DNA of 64,000 nt, from NCBI GenBank assembly GCA_964234715.1, contig OZ174275.1; one strand, written 5' to 3'. Below, piece after piece: positions 61,944 to 64,000 of this stretch. The notes beneath the pieces were generated by a model. It was not told the origin of the DNA, did not search any database, and worked only from the letters and a program-made list of their open reading frames with translations. Every line of letters begins with the position of its first letter. Positions within the stretch are counted from its first letter, which is position 1. A program made the position numbers and the translations under genes. This stretch comes from Podarcis melisellensis (lineage: Eukaryota).

Positions 61944-62132
61944 CCAGTCGAAGTCACAGGGGTTCCCGTCCTCGCGCTGGGTGGGCAGCCCGTGGCATAA
62001 CGGCGGCACCTTCCGCACCAGCAGGAAGGCAGCCGAGAGCAGAAGCGACAGCGGGTAGTAGGGCTGCGCCAGCCACCGGCAGATTCCAGGCACGGAGTAG
62101 ATCAGGGCCAGGAGCGGAGCAAGCACCGCCAT
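61944..62132 (-). CDS. TMX2: TMX2 exon 1
   Basis: AAGATGG Kozak; [63 protein letters not shown]; donor |GTGAGG; 189 nt. Confidence 0.95.
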
Positions 62133-62559
62133 CTTCACCTCACGCTGACCGAGCCCCGCGCCGACAGCTTCTAGCGCCTGCCGGCGGCGCACGCTCGTCG
62201 TTCCTCCGCTCAGGCTCGCTGGCCAATGCCTACGCCAATCAAGGTAAAGGCGGAGCTTAGAGCAACACCACGCACTACCATTGGCTGACTTCAGAATCGC
62301 TGGGATGGATTCGGAATACAAACTAGAGGGAATGCTTTCTTGAGGCCTCTCGACGCATGCTGCCGACGTCATGCAGCCATCTAAAAATGCGTCACGAGAA
62401 AGCAGAGGACCGTCCAATCGGAACGCGGCCCAGTTTCCAGGTTAGTTAGCCAATCACACGTAAGAGGCGGGTTCACCGCCCTCCAATGAAAACAAGGCGA
62501 GCCGAGGGGACAGCCAAGATGCGAAGCCAATGGGAGGAGATTGCGCGGGGCACGCCGGG
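62133..62559. promoter_or_regulatory. Bidirectional CpG-island promoter shared by TMX2 and MED19
   Basis: Start codons about 430 bp apart, head-to-head; at least six CCAAT/ATTGG boxes, GACGTCA (CRE-like), CGCATGC (NRF1-like), GC boxes. Island spans about 61780-63080. Confidence 0.85.
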
Positions 62560-62562
62560 ATG

Positions 62563-62752
62563 ATGGAGAATTTCTCCGCTCTCTTCGGAGGGACGGAACC
62601 GCCTCCGCCTACCACAGCCGCCGCGCTGGGCTTTGGACCAGGGAAACCCGGAGGACCGGGGACTGGGCCACCTCCCGTCCCTGCCGTGACCCCCGTCGGA
62701 GAGAAAGCGGCGGCCGCCAGCGGCCCCTTCTACCTAATGCGCGAGTTACCAG
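62563..62752 (+). CDS. MED19: Mediator complex subunit 19, exon 1
   Basis: MENFSALFGGTEPPPPTTAAALGFGPGKP...GPFYLMRELP+G; donor G|GTAAGT. In-frame upstream ATGs at 62560 and 62530 are possible alternative starts. Confidence 0.93.
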
Positions 62753-63894
62753 GTAAGTGGCTGTTGGAGGGGGCGGGCTTCGGGGGGCCACTCAGCCTAC
62801 CGGAATGTAGAGGCGGGCCTTGCATCCTTGGCCAATGCCAACGAGGCGCCGCGGGGGAATGGCCCAATAGAGATACGCGGCTGCGTCTTGATGGACACTC
62901 CTCCCTGTTCCTGTGGGAACTTAGGCCCAACAGGCGAAACTGACGACTTCGCGGAAGCGCAGGTAGTGGTGGGATTTCGATTGGCAGCTACCGCGGGCCA
63001 ATGAGGTGCCGGATCAAAACAGGGAGGCGGAGTCATGCGGTGCATCCGCATTTGGCGCTGCCGAGGCGGAAGCCGCTGAAGTTCATTACAGTATTAACTT
63101 CATGGCAAGCCCCTGTTTGCCTTTTCTGCTTTAATAGATGCTTGCTGTAATAATCATTATGGAAGGTCCGTCTGAAAAGCACTGTCTAAACACCATAAGC
63201 AAATAGGGCCCAGTGAACATGTAACAATAATATGCCAAAACCTGGCTTAGCACACCAGAGCAAGCATTCCCAGAGCAAAGGCTGTGGCTGTTGCACTACC
63301 ATGGTTTGGCTCAGCACTGCATGCCGCCTCGGGGGTCATTTTTGTCTCCCCCAAACTATGAGTGATCAACAACAAACAGCTCATGGCTTGTCGGGAGAGA
63401 CAGAACACGAGCCCAGATTGGATGTCATGCATAGCCAAACTTGACCTTGAGTGGTGCATCAGCAGGACTCAGAAAGAAGCACAGCAACCATGATTTGCGT
63501 GAAGCCATGATTTGGCTTAGTGATGTGGGCAGACTTGCTTTGTTACCAGATGAGGGTCCTACAAACCATTACCTGGAAGCAACCTCCCATGGCGTAAGTG
63601 GGACTTAATTTCAAGTATACATGATTTTCATCCCAGGATGCCTCAGCCTATCAAGAAGAGAAGTACATTTTCAGAAAGCAGAGCAAAGCTTTTTCTTGAT
63701 CTGGCTTCACCAAAAGCATTTTGGGTGTATGAGGCTGGACATGTCCTCTTGTCATCTCAACAAAGAAGTCAGTTGCAGGTGCAAGTAGTGTCACATTTGA
63801 AGGATTTGCTTGCCAGATTTCTATCTGCCTCTGTCCTGTTAATCCCAACAAGCCAAACATAGGCAGTACTGTCATGTCCTTTGTTCTTTGCCAG

Positions 63895-64000
63895 GTACTA
63901 CAGAACTAACAGGGAGCACAAACCTGATCACCCACTACAACCTGGAGCATGCCTACAACAAATTTTGTGGCAAAAAGGTGAAGGAGAAGCTCAGCAACTT
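63895..64000 (+). CDS. MED19: MED19 exon 2 (runs off the window)
   Basis: Acceptor ttctttgccag|GT; (G)TTELTGSTNLITHYNLEHAYNKFCGKKVKEKLSN(F). Confidence 0.95.

Noticed and set aside
61641-62417. 258-aa minus-strand ORF
   Set aside because: Only 62132-61944 is TMX2 exon 1; the rest is promoter and intron/(GA)n read-through.

Overview
This is vertebrate nuclear DNA. The repeat content (BovB/RTE, CR1, L2, tRNA-derived SINEs, hAT and Tc1/mariner MITEs) suggests a squamate, probably a lacertid lizard (inference). The window carries the gene block syntenic to human 11q12.1, in reverse orientation. (1) CTNND1 promoter, non-coding exon 1 and about 18.8 kb of intron 1 (minus; no coding exon in the window). 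(2) BTBD18 (plus; 2 coding exons, 714 aa). (3) SELENOH (minus; 3 coding exons, 131 aa) with an in-frame UGA-Sec in CKSU, a stem-loop just 3' of the UGA, and a type II SECIS in a separate 3'UTR exon. (4) TMX2 (minus; 8 coding exons, 295 aa). (5) The first two exons of MED19 (plus), head-to-head with TMX2. All coding exons were assembled by hand with GT-AG boundaries and consistent phase. The most unusual item is a perfect 85-bp-arm inverted repeat with a minimal hammerhead-ribozyme core (Penelope-like pLTR), inserted in an (AT)n tract in the SELENOH intron about 350 nt upstream of the Sec exon. Also notable: an AATAAA overlapping the SELENOH stop codon that could compete with splicing to the SECIS exon, MYC-like EEIDV motifs at the BTBD18 C-terminus, and two neighbouring L1-like insertions 5'-truncated at essentially the same codon. 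Gene identities rest on my recollection of the orthologous proteins plus synteny; no database search was run.
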